IMG/VR virus record: IMGVR_UViG_3300035687_000001
Source of the DNA: a virus
Strand: one strand, 5' to 3'
DNA length: 64,000 bases
A program made the position numbers and the translations under genes. The notes beneath the pieces are model-generated. The model had not been told where the DNA came from. It saw nothing but the letters and a program-made list of their open reading frames with translations, and did not search any database. This document shows positions 15,901 through 23,836 of this stretch, piece by piece (the first letter of the stretch is position 1; each line of letters opens with the position of its first letter).

Positions 15901-16076
15901 CGAGACCGTCCACCCGCTCGAAGGTAGGCGGTGAGGAAGCGATCCCAGGCCCGGCGTCGCTGTTTGCGAGCCCTGAACCAGCCCGGCGTCAGAGGGATCC
16001 TCCGGCGCTGCTCTTCGACCCAGGTCAGCCACTCGCGCTCGGCTGCCGAGATGTCCTCCAGAAAGGGATCAGTCAT
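15897..16076 (-). CDS. hypothetical basic protein (59 aa)
   Basis: ATG 16076 overlaps end of 16069..16530 by 8 nt; MTDPFLEDISAAEREWLTWVEEQRRR..; weak RBS; 3' end overlaps P8. Confidence 0.45.
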   Translation of the reverse strand: MTDPFLEDISAAEREWLTWVEEQRRRIPLTPGWFRARKQRRRAWDRFLTAYLRAGGRSR

Positions 16077-16530
16077 CGGTCCGCCAGATGCTGACCTCGG
16101 TGACCGGGAAGGAGAAGCCGAAGGCCAGGCCGTCCTCGGTCTTGCCGAACGCCTCGATCACGCCACCGCTGCGCCCGACCTCGCTGACCCGGATGCCGTC
16201 GCTGTCGGTCAGTAGAGCCGAGACGATGAAGTCGAGCAGCTCCTTCGGCTCCGGCAGCTCGCGCTCGGCCATCTCCTCGGCGCTCTTGGCCTGTTCGACG
16301 TCGGAAGCCAGCACGCAGACGTTGTTCACGCCGCCGTTGGCGTTGCCCCAGTAGAAGGCGCACGGCTTCCCGTCGACCTCGCCGTCCGGGATGTAGTCCT
16401 CCACCTCGAACTCGAAGCCCTTCAGGTAGAGACGCTCGCCGTCGAGGCCGTTCTGCCGGATCAGCACGAGGTCCTTGGTGTTGTTGTTGTTGACGCGCGC
16501 CAGCGCGCCTCGCTTCATCGGTTCGATCAT
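16069..16530 (-). CDS. hypothetical protein (153 aa)
   Basis: Track ORF, normal composition; ATGA-coupled to 16527..16871. Confidence 0.75.
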   Translation of the reverse strand: MIEPMKRGALARVNNNNTKDLVLIRQNGLDGERLYLKGFEFEVEDYIPDGEVDGKPCAFYWGNANGGVNNVCVLASDVEQAKSAEEMAERELPEPKELLDFIVSALLTDSDGIRVSEVGRSGGVIEAFGKTEDGLAFGFSFPVTEVSIWRTDD

Positions 16531-16871
16531 GTCTGCTCCTCGGTTTTCTTCAGCTCGTCCATGAGCGACTTGAGCTGCTGGCGGATGCGGTCGATGCTCG
16601 CGATAGCCTCGGCCCAGTCGAAGTACTCGGTGCTCTCGGCCAGGATCTTCTCGACGCTCTTGCGGAAGTCACGCAGCTGGTGCAGTTCGGTCATCACCTC
16701 GAAGGCGGGCGTGCCGGAGTAGTACTGCTGGTCCGGCGAGAGCGTCAGTCCGATGAGGACTTGAGCGTCTCGCAGCTCCCTCCGGACCTTGTTCAGCTCC
16801 TCGGCGATCGTCGGGTGCGCCGGGTAGAACTGATCGCCGATCTTGATCATCGGCCCCTTCGGCGCGGTCAT
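16527..16871 (-). CDS. hypothetical protein (114 aa)
   Basis: Track ORF; coupled to metallophosphoesterase gene. Confidence 0.75.
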   Translation of the reverse strand: MTAPKGPMIKIGDQFYPAHPTIAEELNKVRRELRDAQVLIGLTLSPDQQYYSGTPAFEVMTELHQLRDFRKSVEKILAESTEYFDWAEAIASIDRIRQQLKSLMDELKKTEEQT

Positions 16872-17686
16872 CCGTCCATCTCCTCAAGCCAGAGGTGCGG
16901 GGCCGGAACCTCTTGCAGGGTCCTGGTGTCGAGCAGCACGAAGTTGCCCGGCTCGCCGTCCATGTCCAGGCCCATCACGCGGGTGCCGTACGGCTCGATC
17001 GTCTGCCGGACGACGCGGTGGTAGTGCCCGTGGACGAGCAGCTCGGGCTGGACCTTGTCCACGACGTCCTGGAGCTGATCGCGGTGCGCGTCGCTGCGCG
17101 CGAGGTCCATCACGTCCCAGATGCTCGGCGGCTGGCCGAAGGCCATCTTCACCGCGCTCGGCGAGTCGTGCGTCAGCATGGCGTGCACCTTGCCCGGCCG
17201 CTGGGCGTGCTTGATCTGCTCGCCGGTGAGGGTCTCCTCGGGCCACCAGGACCGGCCCTTGACCCGCACGGCCGCATCGACCGACACAGCGCCACCCAGG
17301 CCCACCCAGGTCTTGCGGTGCCAGGTCCAGCGGTGCCCACGCGGGATCCAGAAGATCGACGCCTCCGGCCCGGGGCGGTCGATCGGGACGAGCCCGTGAT
17401 TCCCGTGGCTCAGCTCCTCCTCGCGTAGCGCGATCAGCTCGGGGTGCCACTCGTGGTTGCCGTCCACGAACCACAGCTCGATGTCGGCGAGCTGGAGCGA
17501 GAACGAGATGTCGTCCAGGAACTGGCGCCCGGTCGCGCCCGGCCAGACGCCGAAGTCGCCCGCGTGCAGGATGATCTTGCGCTCCTCGCGCTTGAGCAGT
17601 TGCCGGGCCTTCCCGATCACGTGGCGAGCCCAGCCGCTGTTGCCGTGCCAGTCGCCCGCCAGCACCACGGCTCCGGGGTCCGTCAT
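16868..17686 (-). CDS. calcineurin-like metallophosphoesterase
   Basis: GDWHGN, HAGDFG, DGNHEWH, LTHD, LVHGHYH motifs in canonical order; ATG 17686 in ATGA overlap. Confidence 0.85.
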   Translation of the reverse strand: MTDPGAVVLAGDWHGNSGWARHVIGKARQLLKREERKIILHAGDFGVWPGATGRQFLDDISFSLQLADIELWFVDGNHEWHPELIALREEELSHGNHGLVPIDRPGPEASIFWIPRGHRWTWHRKTWVGLGGAVSVDAAVRVKGRSWWPEETLTGEQIKHAQRPGKVHAMLTHDSPSAVKMAFGQPPSIWDVMDLARSDAHRDQLQDVVDKVQPELLVHGHYHRVVRQTIEPYGTRVMGLDMDGEPGNFVLLDTRTLQEVPAPHLWLEEMDG

Positions 17687-17931
17687 CGGTTCCTCGCGTT
17701 CATCTTCAGCGCGTAGGCCTTCAGGCCCGCGATCGCGGGGCCGGTCAGGGTCTCCACGCTGACCACCCGGCCGTCGTCGAGCACCGTGCCGTCGAGTCGG
17801 TCCCAGACGTCCTCCCAGTCGACCTGGATGGCCTGGTACCAGCCGTCCACGATGTCGTCCACGGCGCACTTGACCTCGTCCGGGATCTCCTCGAAAGAAG
17901 TCCGCGAGGTGATCTCCAAGTAGTCGCTCAC
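17683..17931 (-). CDS. hypothetical protein (82 aa)
   Basis: GTG 17931 in GTGA overlap with stop of 17928..18197; VSDYLEITSRTSFEEIPDE.. Confidence 0.65.
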   Translation of the reverse strand: MSDYLEITSRTSFEEIPDEVKCAVDDIVDGWYQAIQVDWEDVWDRLDGTVLDDGRVVSVETLTGPAIAGLKAYALKMNARNR

Positions 17932-18197
17932 ACGCCCTCCGGCTGACTCGACGGGAACTCGTCCGGCCACCCGGTCTCCTTGACCTTGAGGTAGTCCTCG
18001 AAGGCCTTGCGCTGGGCGTCGTCCCAGTACTGGGACGCGTCGCGCAGCGCGGTCAGCAGGCTGGCGACCTGATCGACCGCTTCGCAGGTGGTGGCCTCTT
18101 CGAGCAGGCTCAGCGCACGGTCGGCCTGCTGGACGGTCAGTGCCGCCACGCCGTGCGTCCGCATCCGTTCGATGAGCGCTGCGGTGGTGCCATCCAT
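17928..18197 (-). CDS. hypothetical protein (89 aa)
   Basis: ATG 18197 after GAAGGAGGA; MDGTTAALIERMRTHG.. Confidence 0.7.
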   Translation of the reverse strand: MDGTTAALIERMRTHGVAALTVQQADRALSLLEEATTCEAVDQVASLLTALRDASQYWDDAQRKAFEDYLKVKETGWPDEFPSSQPEGV

Positions 18198-18265
18198 CGG
18201 ATCCTCCTTCAGTCGGTGCTTCACGACTTCCCTTCGCTCTCGTGGCGGGTGCTCGACCGGCGTGG

Positions 18266-18481
18266 TCACGACTCCATCGCTTCGCGCAGGACATACAGGC
18301 CCTCCGAGGTGATGTTGCACTTCCAGACCCGGTCCTCGTCCGCCAGCTCGGCGGTGATCAAGCCGCGCCGGACGAGGGCGTCGAGCGTCCGGACGTAGGT
18401 CGACTTCGCCAGGAACGTGACGTCCGGCCCGCGCCAGTCGACCTCGGAGAGCACCTGGTGCTGGGTCTCGCTGAGCTTCAT
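18266..18481 (-). CDS. winged-helix (MarR-like) DNA-binding protein (71 aa)
   Basis: Track ORF; TYVRTLDALVRRGLITAE....ITSEG pattern typical of wHTH. Confidence 0.65.
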   Translation of the reverse strand: MKLSETQHQVLSEVDWRGPDVTFLAKSTYVRTLDALVRRGLITAELADEDRVWKCNITSEGLYVLREAMES

Positions 18482-18484
18482 GGA

Positions 18485-18727
18485 TCACTCCTCGATGAGA
18501 CGGCATTCGGGGCAGTCCGGGCCGGTACACGGCTTGCCCGCCGGAGGACCAGGACACTGCTCGGGGGAGTGGCGCTGGCGCATGGACTTGCAACGCTCCG
18601 GCGCGTGCTCCGGGCACTCGGGCACGGTCTGGTCCTCTGGGACCAATCCGCACGGCGCCTTCGGGCAGGGACACTCGTCTTCGAGCGGGTGGCCGGACCA
18701 GCTCCGGCCGATGTGGTGGCTCAGCAT
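18485..18727 (-). CDS. hypothetical Cys/Pro-rich protein (80 aa)
   Basis: Track ORF; about 12 Cys in CPCP, CPEH, CPGPP, CPEC patterns. Confidence 0.6.
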   Translation of the reverse strand: MLSHHIGRSWSGHPLEDECPCPKAPCGLVPEDQTVPECPEHAPERCKSMRQRHSPEQCPGPPAGKPCTGPDCPECRLIEE

Positions 18728-18730
18728 GAT

Positions 18731-19009
18731 CTACATCCCCTCGGTGGTCTTGATCCAGATGCGGTCACCGTCGGCGTAGTCGTAGAGGCCGCGCATGATC
18801 TCGTCGAACATCCCCACCGAGCTGCCGAACTTGGCGAAGTCGCTGAACTCGTCGAGGATGTCCTGGATCTCGAACGTCCAGTCGTTCCGGAAGAACGCAG
18901 AGATCTCGATACGCCCGGCGACCTTGCTGGCCTTCTCGCCCAGGGTCAGCGTGTCGTCGTGGTAGAAGTCGCTCAGGTCGAGCGTGTAGGTCCAGACGTT
19001 CGTGGGCAT
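18731..19009 (-). CDS. hypothetical protein (92 aa)
   Basis: Track ORF; ATG 19009 5 nt after GGAGG of cassette P9. Confidence 0.75.
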   Translation of the reverse strand: MPTNVWTYTLDLSDFYHDDTLTLGEKASKVAGRIEISAFFRNDWTFEIQDILDEFSDFAKFGSSVGMFDEIMRGLYDYADGDRIWIKTTEGM

Positions 19010-19014
19010 CGCGG

Positions 19015-19074
19015 CCTCCAGTGCGGCTTGGGTGCGTTCCCCACGATACTACCCGTTCGGGTAGTGGTTGTCTA
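19015..19074 (-). promoter_or_regulatory. promoter/operator/leader cassette P9
   Basis: Box 19015-19026; core 19049-19064; TAGACA(19069-19074)-17-TAGTAT(19046-19051). Confidence 0.6.
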
Positions 19075-19362
19075 CCCGCGCCGGGCGCGCCACTTCGCCA
19101 GCAGGTCGGCGCCCTTCGAGGTGACCCGCAGACGGCGGCGGGCCTGGTGCCCGACCATGATGTGCTCGCTGTGCACGATGGCCTCGGCCGCGAGCAGCAG
19201 CAGCACGGGGTGCCGGTCCTGCGGCTTGTGGACGAACACCTCGCGCTGGAGGTAACTGACGCCCAGGCCGCCCGGGTTGAAGGAATGCAGGTCGCCGTCC
19301 TCGGCTGCCACCAGCGTCTCCTGACGCTCGGGCGTCCACGCGATCTCGCGCGTCTCGCTCAT
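19072..19362 (-). CDS. winged-helix DNA-binding protein, candidate regulator (96 aa)
   Basis: Track ORF; sole CDS between cassettes P10 and P9; C-terminal RLRVTSKGADLLAKW resembles a wHTH wing. Confidence 0.65.
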   Translation of the reverse strand: MSETREIAWTPERQETLVAAEDGDLHSFNPGGLGVSYLQREVFVHKPQDRHPVLLLLAAEAIVHSEHIMVGHQARRRLRVTSKGADLLAKWRARRG

Positions 19363-19367
19363 CCTGA

Positions 19368-19435
19368 CCTCCAGTGTGGTCCTGCACGTGCAGATGGATG
19401 GGCATCACGCTACCCGTTCGGGTAGATCGGCTCAA
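19368..19435 (-). promoter_or_regulatory. promoter/operator/leader cassette P10
   Basis: Variant box cctccagtgtgg 19368-19379; core 19410-19425; TTGAGC(19430-19435)-17-TAGCGT(19407-19412). Confidence 0.6.
19382..19393. promoter_or_regulatory. 12-bp perfect palindrome CTGCACGTGCAG in leader of CDS 19072..19362
   Basis: Lies between -10 of P10 and its SD box; not present in other cassettes. Confidence 0.4.
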
Positions 19436-19505
19436 GAGGCCAACCGGATGATCACAGGCCAGACAGGCTGTAGGCCGTTCGTTGAGGGTACTTCTGCCGT
19501 CATGA

Positions 19506-19543
19506 CACGGGCCCCGTCCGGCCGAAGCCAGGCGGGGCCCGTG
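19506..19543 (-). terminator. hairpin terminator after CDS 19554..19859
   Basis: 11-bp stem cacgggccccg/cggggcccgtg, 16-nt loop. Confidence 0.6.
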
Positions 19544-19553
19544 GTGTGCTCGA

Positions 19554-19859
19554 TCAGGCAGGAACGTCGAACAGGTCGACGATCTTGCCGTCGTACAGCT
19601 CGCCCTCGACCTGCTCGGCGTTGGTCCAGCCCGGCACCGTGAGCGTGCCCACGAGCATGTCCACGGTCGGGTCGTCGAGGTAGCCCTCCACCGTGGCCTC
19701 GTCGGCCAGGTCGTCGAGCAGCCGGACCGGCTCGTCCTCGGGGTTGGTGTAGTTGAGCCAGCTCAGCTTTTCGGCGAGGTCGGCCAGGGCCGTCTCGTTG
19801 CCGTCCACCTGAAGCCAGAAGGTGCCCTTGACGCTGTCGAGGTACTTGCGGAACTGCAT
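19554..19859 (-). CDS. hypothetical protein (101 aa), paralog of 20155..20535
   Basis: Track ORF; shares FWLQVDGNET, L-VP-W and LY-G...LF with 20155..20535. Confidence 0.75.
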   Translation of the reverse strand: MQFRKYLDSVKGTFWLQVDGNETALADLAEKLSWLNYTNPEDEPVRLLDDLADEATVEGYLDDPTVDMLVGTLTVPGWTNAEQVEGELYDGKIVDLFDVPA

Positions 19860-19870
19860 GATCGTCTCCC

Positions 19871-20158
19871 TCAGTCGTCGTCGGTGTCGGCGGCGCGCAG
19901 CTCGCGCATCGCGTCGTCGTAACCGACCCAGTTGTCCACGCCGTACTGCTCCAGGGCGTTGAGCTTGTCCTGGTCCTCGATCAGGCGCTTGTACCGGTTG
20001 GGGCCGACCACCACGTGCGTGGACAGGTAGCCCGCGATCCGGCGCAGATCCTGTTGCACCTCGTCTCCGGTGCTGCGAGCGCCGGACTTGCGGTCCTGCT
20101 CGTCGAACCAGTCGGCCAGGAAACGCAGCTTGCCCGCGTCGTCGTCGATCCTGCTCAC
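19871..20158 (-). CDS. hypothetical protein (95 aa)
   Basis: Track ORF; GTG 20158 in GTGA overlap. Confidence 0.7.
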   Translation of the reverse strand: MSRIDDDAGKLRFLADWFDEQDRKSGARSTGDEVQQDLRRIAGYLSTHVVVGPNRYKRLIEDQDKLNALEQYGVDNWVGYDDAMRELRAADTDDD

Positions 20159-20535
20159 GTGGTCGCCGTCTCGTGGAACAGCTTGGCGACCCCGCCCTTG
20201 TACAGGTCCCGCTCCATGCGGCTGCCGAAGTCGATCGGCGCGGGCCAGTTCGGCACCCGCAGCACGCCGGTGACCTTGTGGTCGCTGGCCATGTAGCCGC
20301 CCTCCTCCTCGTCGGCCTGCTCGATCAGGACGTCCACGTAGGACTCGTCCTTGGCGTGGTCGGTCGAGTCGAGCACGAAGGGTGAGCCGGGCTCGCCGTC
20401 GTCGTAGAGCACCTTGAGCGCGGCCAGGGCGATGTACAGCCGCTCCAGTTCGGTCTCGTTGCCGTCGACCTGGAGCCAGAAGCGCCAGGTCTCACCCTCG
20501 TGCTCGTTCTCCTCGGTGAGCTTAATGAACTTCAC
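20155..20535 (-). CDS. hypothetical protein (126 aa), paralog of 19554..19859
   Basis: Track ORF; GTG 20535 after AAGGAG preceded by CCACACCGAAGG box variant. Confidence 0.75.
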   Translation of the reverse strand: MKFIKLTEENEHEGETWRFWLQVDGNETELERLYIALAALKVLYDDGEPGSPFVLDSTDHAKDESYVDVLIEQADEEEGGYMASDHKVTGVLRVPNWPAPIDFGSRMERDLYKGGVAKLFHETATT

Positions 20536-20660
20536 GATCTTCTCCTTCGGTGTGGAGGGGCGGCCACCGCGAGCACGGTACTTCCGCCGAAGCGGCCCGC
20601 GCCCGACCAGCCCAGCGCGCTACTCGCGGTCGTTCTGCGGCTGTCCACGCCGCCCCTGGT

Positions 20661-21053
20661 TTACTGCTTGAACTCGGGGAAGCAGCCCATGTGCCCCTGC
20701 GGACCGGTCGGCCCGCCGCAGCGCGTGCAGTGCATGCTGACGCACACGCCGTTGATCTCCGAGCACAACGGGCCGTGGATCGGCGCGACCGCCTGGCTGC
20801 CCTCGCCGGACTGGCCGCGCACCGCGAGCAGCACCGGCTTTCCCGAGGGGACCAGGAACGGCACCATGCCCATCTCGCGGCCGACGCCATCCTCGCGCGG
20901 CAGGCGGCCGGTGATGACCTCCAGGCCACCCCACGAGTCGAACACGATCCAGCGCTGCTCGGCGGGCTCCTTCAACTCCGGGTGCTGATCCGGCCAGAAC
21001 AGCGCGACCGCGCTGCCGACGTCGTAGAACATGCCGGGCGTGTAGTCGCTCAC
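20661..21053 (-). CDS. hypothetical protein (130 aa)
   Basis: Track ORF; GTG 21053 in GTGA overlap. Confidence 0.7.
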   Translation of the reverse strand: MSDYTPGMFYDVGSAVALFWPDQHPELKEPAEQRWIVFDSWGGLEVITGRLPREDGVGREMGMVPFLVPSGKPVLLAVRGQSGEGSQAVAPIHGPLCSEINGVCVSMHCTRCGGPTGPQGHMGCFPEFKQ

Positions 21054-21418
21054 CGGTTCTCCTCCATCATCTGGTCGACCCAGCGCCGTCGCTGAACGTG
21101 CTCCTCCAGGGCCTCGGCCGAGGGCAGCACGATCTCGATGGCCCAGCCGTGGAGCGCGCGGCCCCGGCGGTCGCGCCAGATGTTGCCTGCGTAGTCGATG
21201 ACCGGCACTCCGGCGGGCACGGTCTCTCCAGCGAGGAAGACGCGCCCCATCTGCGGGCTCGGCACGAGCTGACTCCAGGAGTCCGGGATGACTTCGATCA
21301 TGCCCTGCTTGTCCCAGGAGCCGAGGATGTTGCGCCCCAGTTCGATGAACTCGCCGTCCGACGTCTCGACCGCGAGGCTGGTCCCCTCCGGGCTCTGGTA
21401 TACCTCGGGCAAGATCAT
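21050..21418 (-). CDS. hypothetical protein (122 aa)
   Basis: ATG 21418 (MILPEVYQSPEG) in ATGA overlap; track ORF 21050..21649 trimmed. Confidence 0.7.
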   Translation of the reverse strand: MILPEVYQSPEGTSLAVETSDGEFIELGRNILGSWDKQGMIEVIPDSWSQLVPSPQMGRVFLAGETVPAGVPVIDYAGNIWRDRRGRALHGWAIEIVLPSAEALEEHVQRRRWVDQMMEENR

Positions 21419-21834
21419 GACTGCTCCTCTCCGGCGTGCTTCCACCCGGCCAGCGGCGTCTCGGCGGCCCGGCGGCACGCGGCTTGGAGGTTCCAGGCGC
21501 GCACGGTCAGGGTGAAGGGCTCGTACTCCACCGGCTCGGCGCCGTCGCGGTAGTACCCATCGCCGTCGCGGTAGGCGCCCTGCACCATGACCTGGAAGTG
21601 GAACTGGTGGCCGCGCCGCGCGTCCCCGCTGTCCCGGCAGAAGGTGCACAGGCCGTCAGCCGTGCTGCTGGCCGCGCGCGAGCGCTCGTTCTCCTGGCAG
21701 CTGATGCACTTCACCTGGCCGGGCGTGAGCGGCCCGGTCGGCGCGTCGTAGTCGTCGACCCTGTTCACGGCTCGTGCAGCATGATCGAACTCTCGCGCGG
21801 AGTTGCGCAGCATCTCCTCGGTGGCCTCGTCCAT
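21415..21834 (-). CDS. hypothetical zinc-ribbon protein (139 aa)
   Basis: ATG 21834 overlaps stop of ParB-like gene by 1 nt; CISC...CTFC motif; track ORF 21415..22548 trimmed. Confidence 0.7.
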   Translation of the reverse strand: MDEATEEMLRNSAREFDHAARAVNRVDDYDAPTGPLTPGQVKCISCQENERSRAASSTADGLCTFCRDSGDARRGHQFHFQVMVQGAYRDGDGYYRDGAEPVEYEPFTLTVRAWNLQAACRRAAETPLAGWKHAGEEQS

Positions 21835-22643
21835 CACGCCAGCTTGAAGTGCTCGTCGGTCAGCTCGGGCAGCCCCTTGAGCACGAGGACCTTGATCTTC
21901 TTCCCCTCGCGCTTGGCGTTCCAGGCCTTGGTTCCGGCGGCCAGGAACGGCTTCACCGGCTTCTCGCCGCCCTTCTGCGCGTGGCGGATGATCAACGCCC
22001 GCAGGGCCAGCTCCGGATCGCCCTGGTGCAGCCCCTCGCCGCGCATGACGCCTTCCCAGAACTCCAGGGCCGTGGCCGCGTCGATCCGGAAGGTGAGGAA
22101 GTACAGGCAGCCGAACGCCGCCGGGAGCCCGCCGATCTCGTTGCGCAGCCCCATGCCGTAACGCACTGCCTGGCCGATCGCGTCGCGGTTCGCCACGACG
22201 TAGTCGACGATCTCGGTGTCGGTGGGCTTGTAGACCTCGCCCCGGACTTCTTCGACCTCCCAGAGCAGCGCGAGCCGGGCCACGGCCGAGGCCGATTTCG
22301 CCGACGGGACGTCGTGGCCCATCTTCAGCTCGTCGGACGCGGTCCGGCGCCGGTTCCGGTCCATCTTGAAGCGGTCTTCGCGCGGGATGCCCTCGATGAT
22401 GAAGAACTCGACCGTCACGCCCGCCTCGACCAGCGCTTCCAGCCGGTGCTGGCCGTCGATCAGGTGACCGTCCTCGTCGAACTTGATCGTCTCGCCGATG
22501 TTGGGGAACTGGTTGTTCCGCATGTCCCGGGCCATCTTGCCGACCCACGAAGGCGACGGTGAGCGGTTGTCGCTATTCGTGAGCAGCCACTTCTTCGCCA
22601 GCTGCGGTGTGACCGGCATCTTCTTGGCCCTCAGGTTGCTCAA
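21834..22643 (-). CDS. ParB N-terminal-domain (ParB-like nuclease) protein
   Basis: Track ORF; DEDGHLIDGQHRLEAL motif; TTG 22643 6 nt after GGAGG (alt ATG 22619); first gene after cassette P11. Confidence 0.8.
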   Translation of the reverse strand: MSNLRAKKMPVTPQLAKKWLLTNSDNRSPSPSWVGKMARDMRNNQFPNIGETIKFDEDGHLIDGQHRLEALVEAGVTVEFFIIEGIPREDRFKMDRNRRRTASDELKMGHDVPSAKSASAVARLALLWEVEEVRGEVYKPTDTEIVDYVVANRDAIGQAVRYGMGLRNEIGGLPAAFGCLYFLTFRIDAATALEFWEGVMRGEGLHQGDPELALRALIIRHAQKGGEKPVKPFLAAGTKAWNAKREGKKIKVLVLKGLPELTDEHFKLA

Positions 22644-22658
22644 AATCAGCCTCCATTC

Positions 22659-22711
22659 CCTCCGGTGCGGGTTGCTCCAATCAGACTACCCGATTAGGTA
22701 GGTTCTGACCA
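22659..22711 (-). promoter_or_regulatory. promoter/operator/leader cassette P11 (weak -35)
   Basis: Box 22659-22670; core ctacccgattaggtag 22686-22701; TAGTCT 22683-22688; -35 position reads TGGTCA. Confidence 0.5.
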
Positions 22712-22722
22712 GAGAATCTCCA

Positions 22723-22784
22723 CTTTCCCAGCATAAGACGTGTCGTGACTACACATTGTCACATAGCTTCTGAGCTGGGGAAAG
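22723..22784 (-). terminator. possible long-loop hairpin in low-GC gap after CDS 22844..23068
   Basis: Imperfect inverted repeat ctttcccagc / gctggggaaag enclosing gtgac..gtcac. Confidence 0.3.
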
Positions 22785-22843
22785 TGTCGAGTCGCCTCAG
22801 GCGCTACCTCGGCACCTGGAGATCAATTACTACTCTCTGTGAT

Positions 22844-23068
22844 TTATTCTACGTAGCGCCACATACGCGGGTCGACGCGGGCATTCCGCGCCGATTCGGA
22901 GCGCAGGTAGGCGTGCACCCAGAGGATGTCGCCCTGCTCGATCTCGGTGCGCCTCGGCGTGAAGAGCACCTCGCAGTGGTAGCCGTCGCCGATGCTCACG
23001 ATGGTCCAGGGCCCGACCCTCCAGGGCTCGCCGAGGAATCGGACAGGCACCCTCGTGATGTCGTTCAC
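22844..23068 (-). CDS. hypothetical protein (74 aa)
   Basis: GTG 23068 in GTGA overlap; VNDITRVPVRFLGEPWRVGPW..; track ORF 22844..23302 trimmed. Confidence 0.6.
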   Translation of the reverse strand: MNDITRVPVRFLGEPWRVGPWTIVSIGDGYHCEVLFTPRRTEIEQGDILWVHAYLRSESARNARVDPRMWRYVE

Positions 23069-23409
23069 GGGTACCGCTCGATCGACCCGTTCGGCCAGAT
23101 CAGCATGGTGTTGTGCTCGCTCGCGATGGGGCAGTGCTTGGCGTCGCGCAGGTGCAGCCGGGCAGCGCGGCGCGCCTCGTTCAGCGAGTGCCCGAAGAAC
23201 TCGCATTCGCTGGTGATGTCGATGTCCCGCAAAAAGCCCAGCGGGGTGCGCACCAAACAGGGGATCGCCACTCGGATCGTGCCCTGTGACCAGGTGTGCC
23301 ATGGCGGGATCGTGGGCCAGGCCTTAGGGTCGTTGTCCCGGTTGGCCGCCCAGCACCGCGCGCACTCGCATACCGGCTGCTCCTCGTCGAAGAGGCTCGG
23401 GGCCGTCAT
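23065..23409 (-). CDS. hypothetical Cys-containing protein (114 aa)
   Basis: ATG 23409 (MTAPSLFDEEQPVCECARCW) in ATGA overlap; track ORF 23065..23655 trimmed. Confidence 0.7.
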   Translation of the reverse strand: MTAPSLFDEEQPVCECARCWAANRDNDPKAWPTIPPWHTWSQGTIRVAIPCLVRTPLGFLRDIDITSECEFFGHSLNEARRAARLHLRDAKHCPIASEHNTMLIWPNGSIERYP

Positions 23410-23630
23410 TCCGGATGCCGCTCGAACCAGGCCTTGACCGCACCGTGCAGGTCGTCGAGAGCCTTGGCGGCGTCCCCGGCGCGGTCCATGATCTCCTGGC
23501 CGTCGGGCCATTGCTTCGCGTCCTGCTCCAGGTCCTCGACGTCGTACAGCGCGCTGAGCACGGTGTCCTCGTCGTTCTCCACCGGCCCGGTCTTGCGCAG
23601 CTCCTGCTGGCGATCGCTGAGGGGGTTCAT
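23406..23630 (-). CDS. hypothetical acidic protein (74 aa)
   Basis: ATG 23630 (MNPLSDRQQEL) in ATGA overlap with 23627..23836. Confidence 0.65.
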   Translation of the reverse strand: MNPLSDRQQELRKTGPVENDEDTVLSALYDVEDLEQDAKQWPDGQEIMDRAGDAAKALDDLHGAVKAWFERHPE

Positions 23631-23836
23631 GCTGGTCCCGATCCCTTCGGCGCACGGCCGTGCGCCAGCTCGTTGTTGGACCAGCTCGTCATGGCATGGT
23701 TCGGCCCGGCGAAGTGCGCGTGGTCGATGCAGATGAGGTAGCCGTTGACCACGGTCAGCGCGGCGTCCAGCCAGGCCACCGGGCGCTCCCCGGGTTCCAG
23801 GAAGAGGCACACGCTGCACCGCAGCGGCTGGCGCAT
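23627..23836 (-). CDS. hypothetical protein (69 aa)
   Basis: ATG 23836 (MRQPLRCSVCLFLEPG) overlaps stop of 23836..24267. Confidence 0.6.
   Translation of the reverse strand: MRQPLRCSVCLFLEPGERPVAWLDAALTVVNGYLICIDHAHFAGPNHAMTSWSNNELAHGRAPKGSGPA

Noticed and set aside
22619-22656. Alternative starts for the ParB-like gene: an out-of-frame ATG 22656 opening a short ORF, and in-frame ATG 22619
   Set aside because: ATG 22656 is only 2 nt from the GGAGG and is out of frame. TTG 22643 has a second GGAGG at ideal spacing. ATG 22619 remains possible but has no SD.
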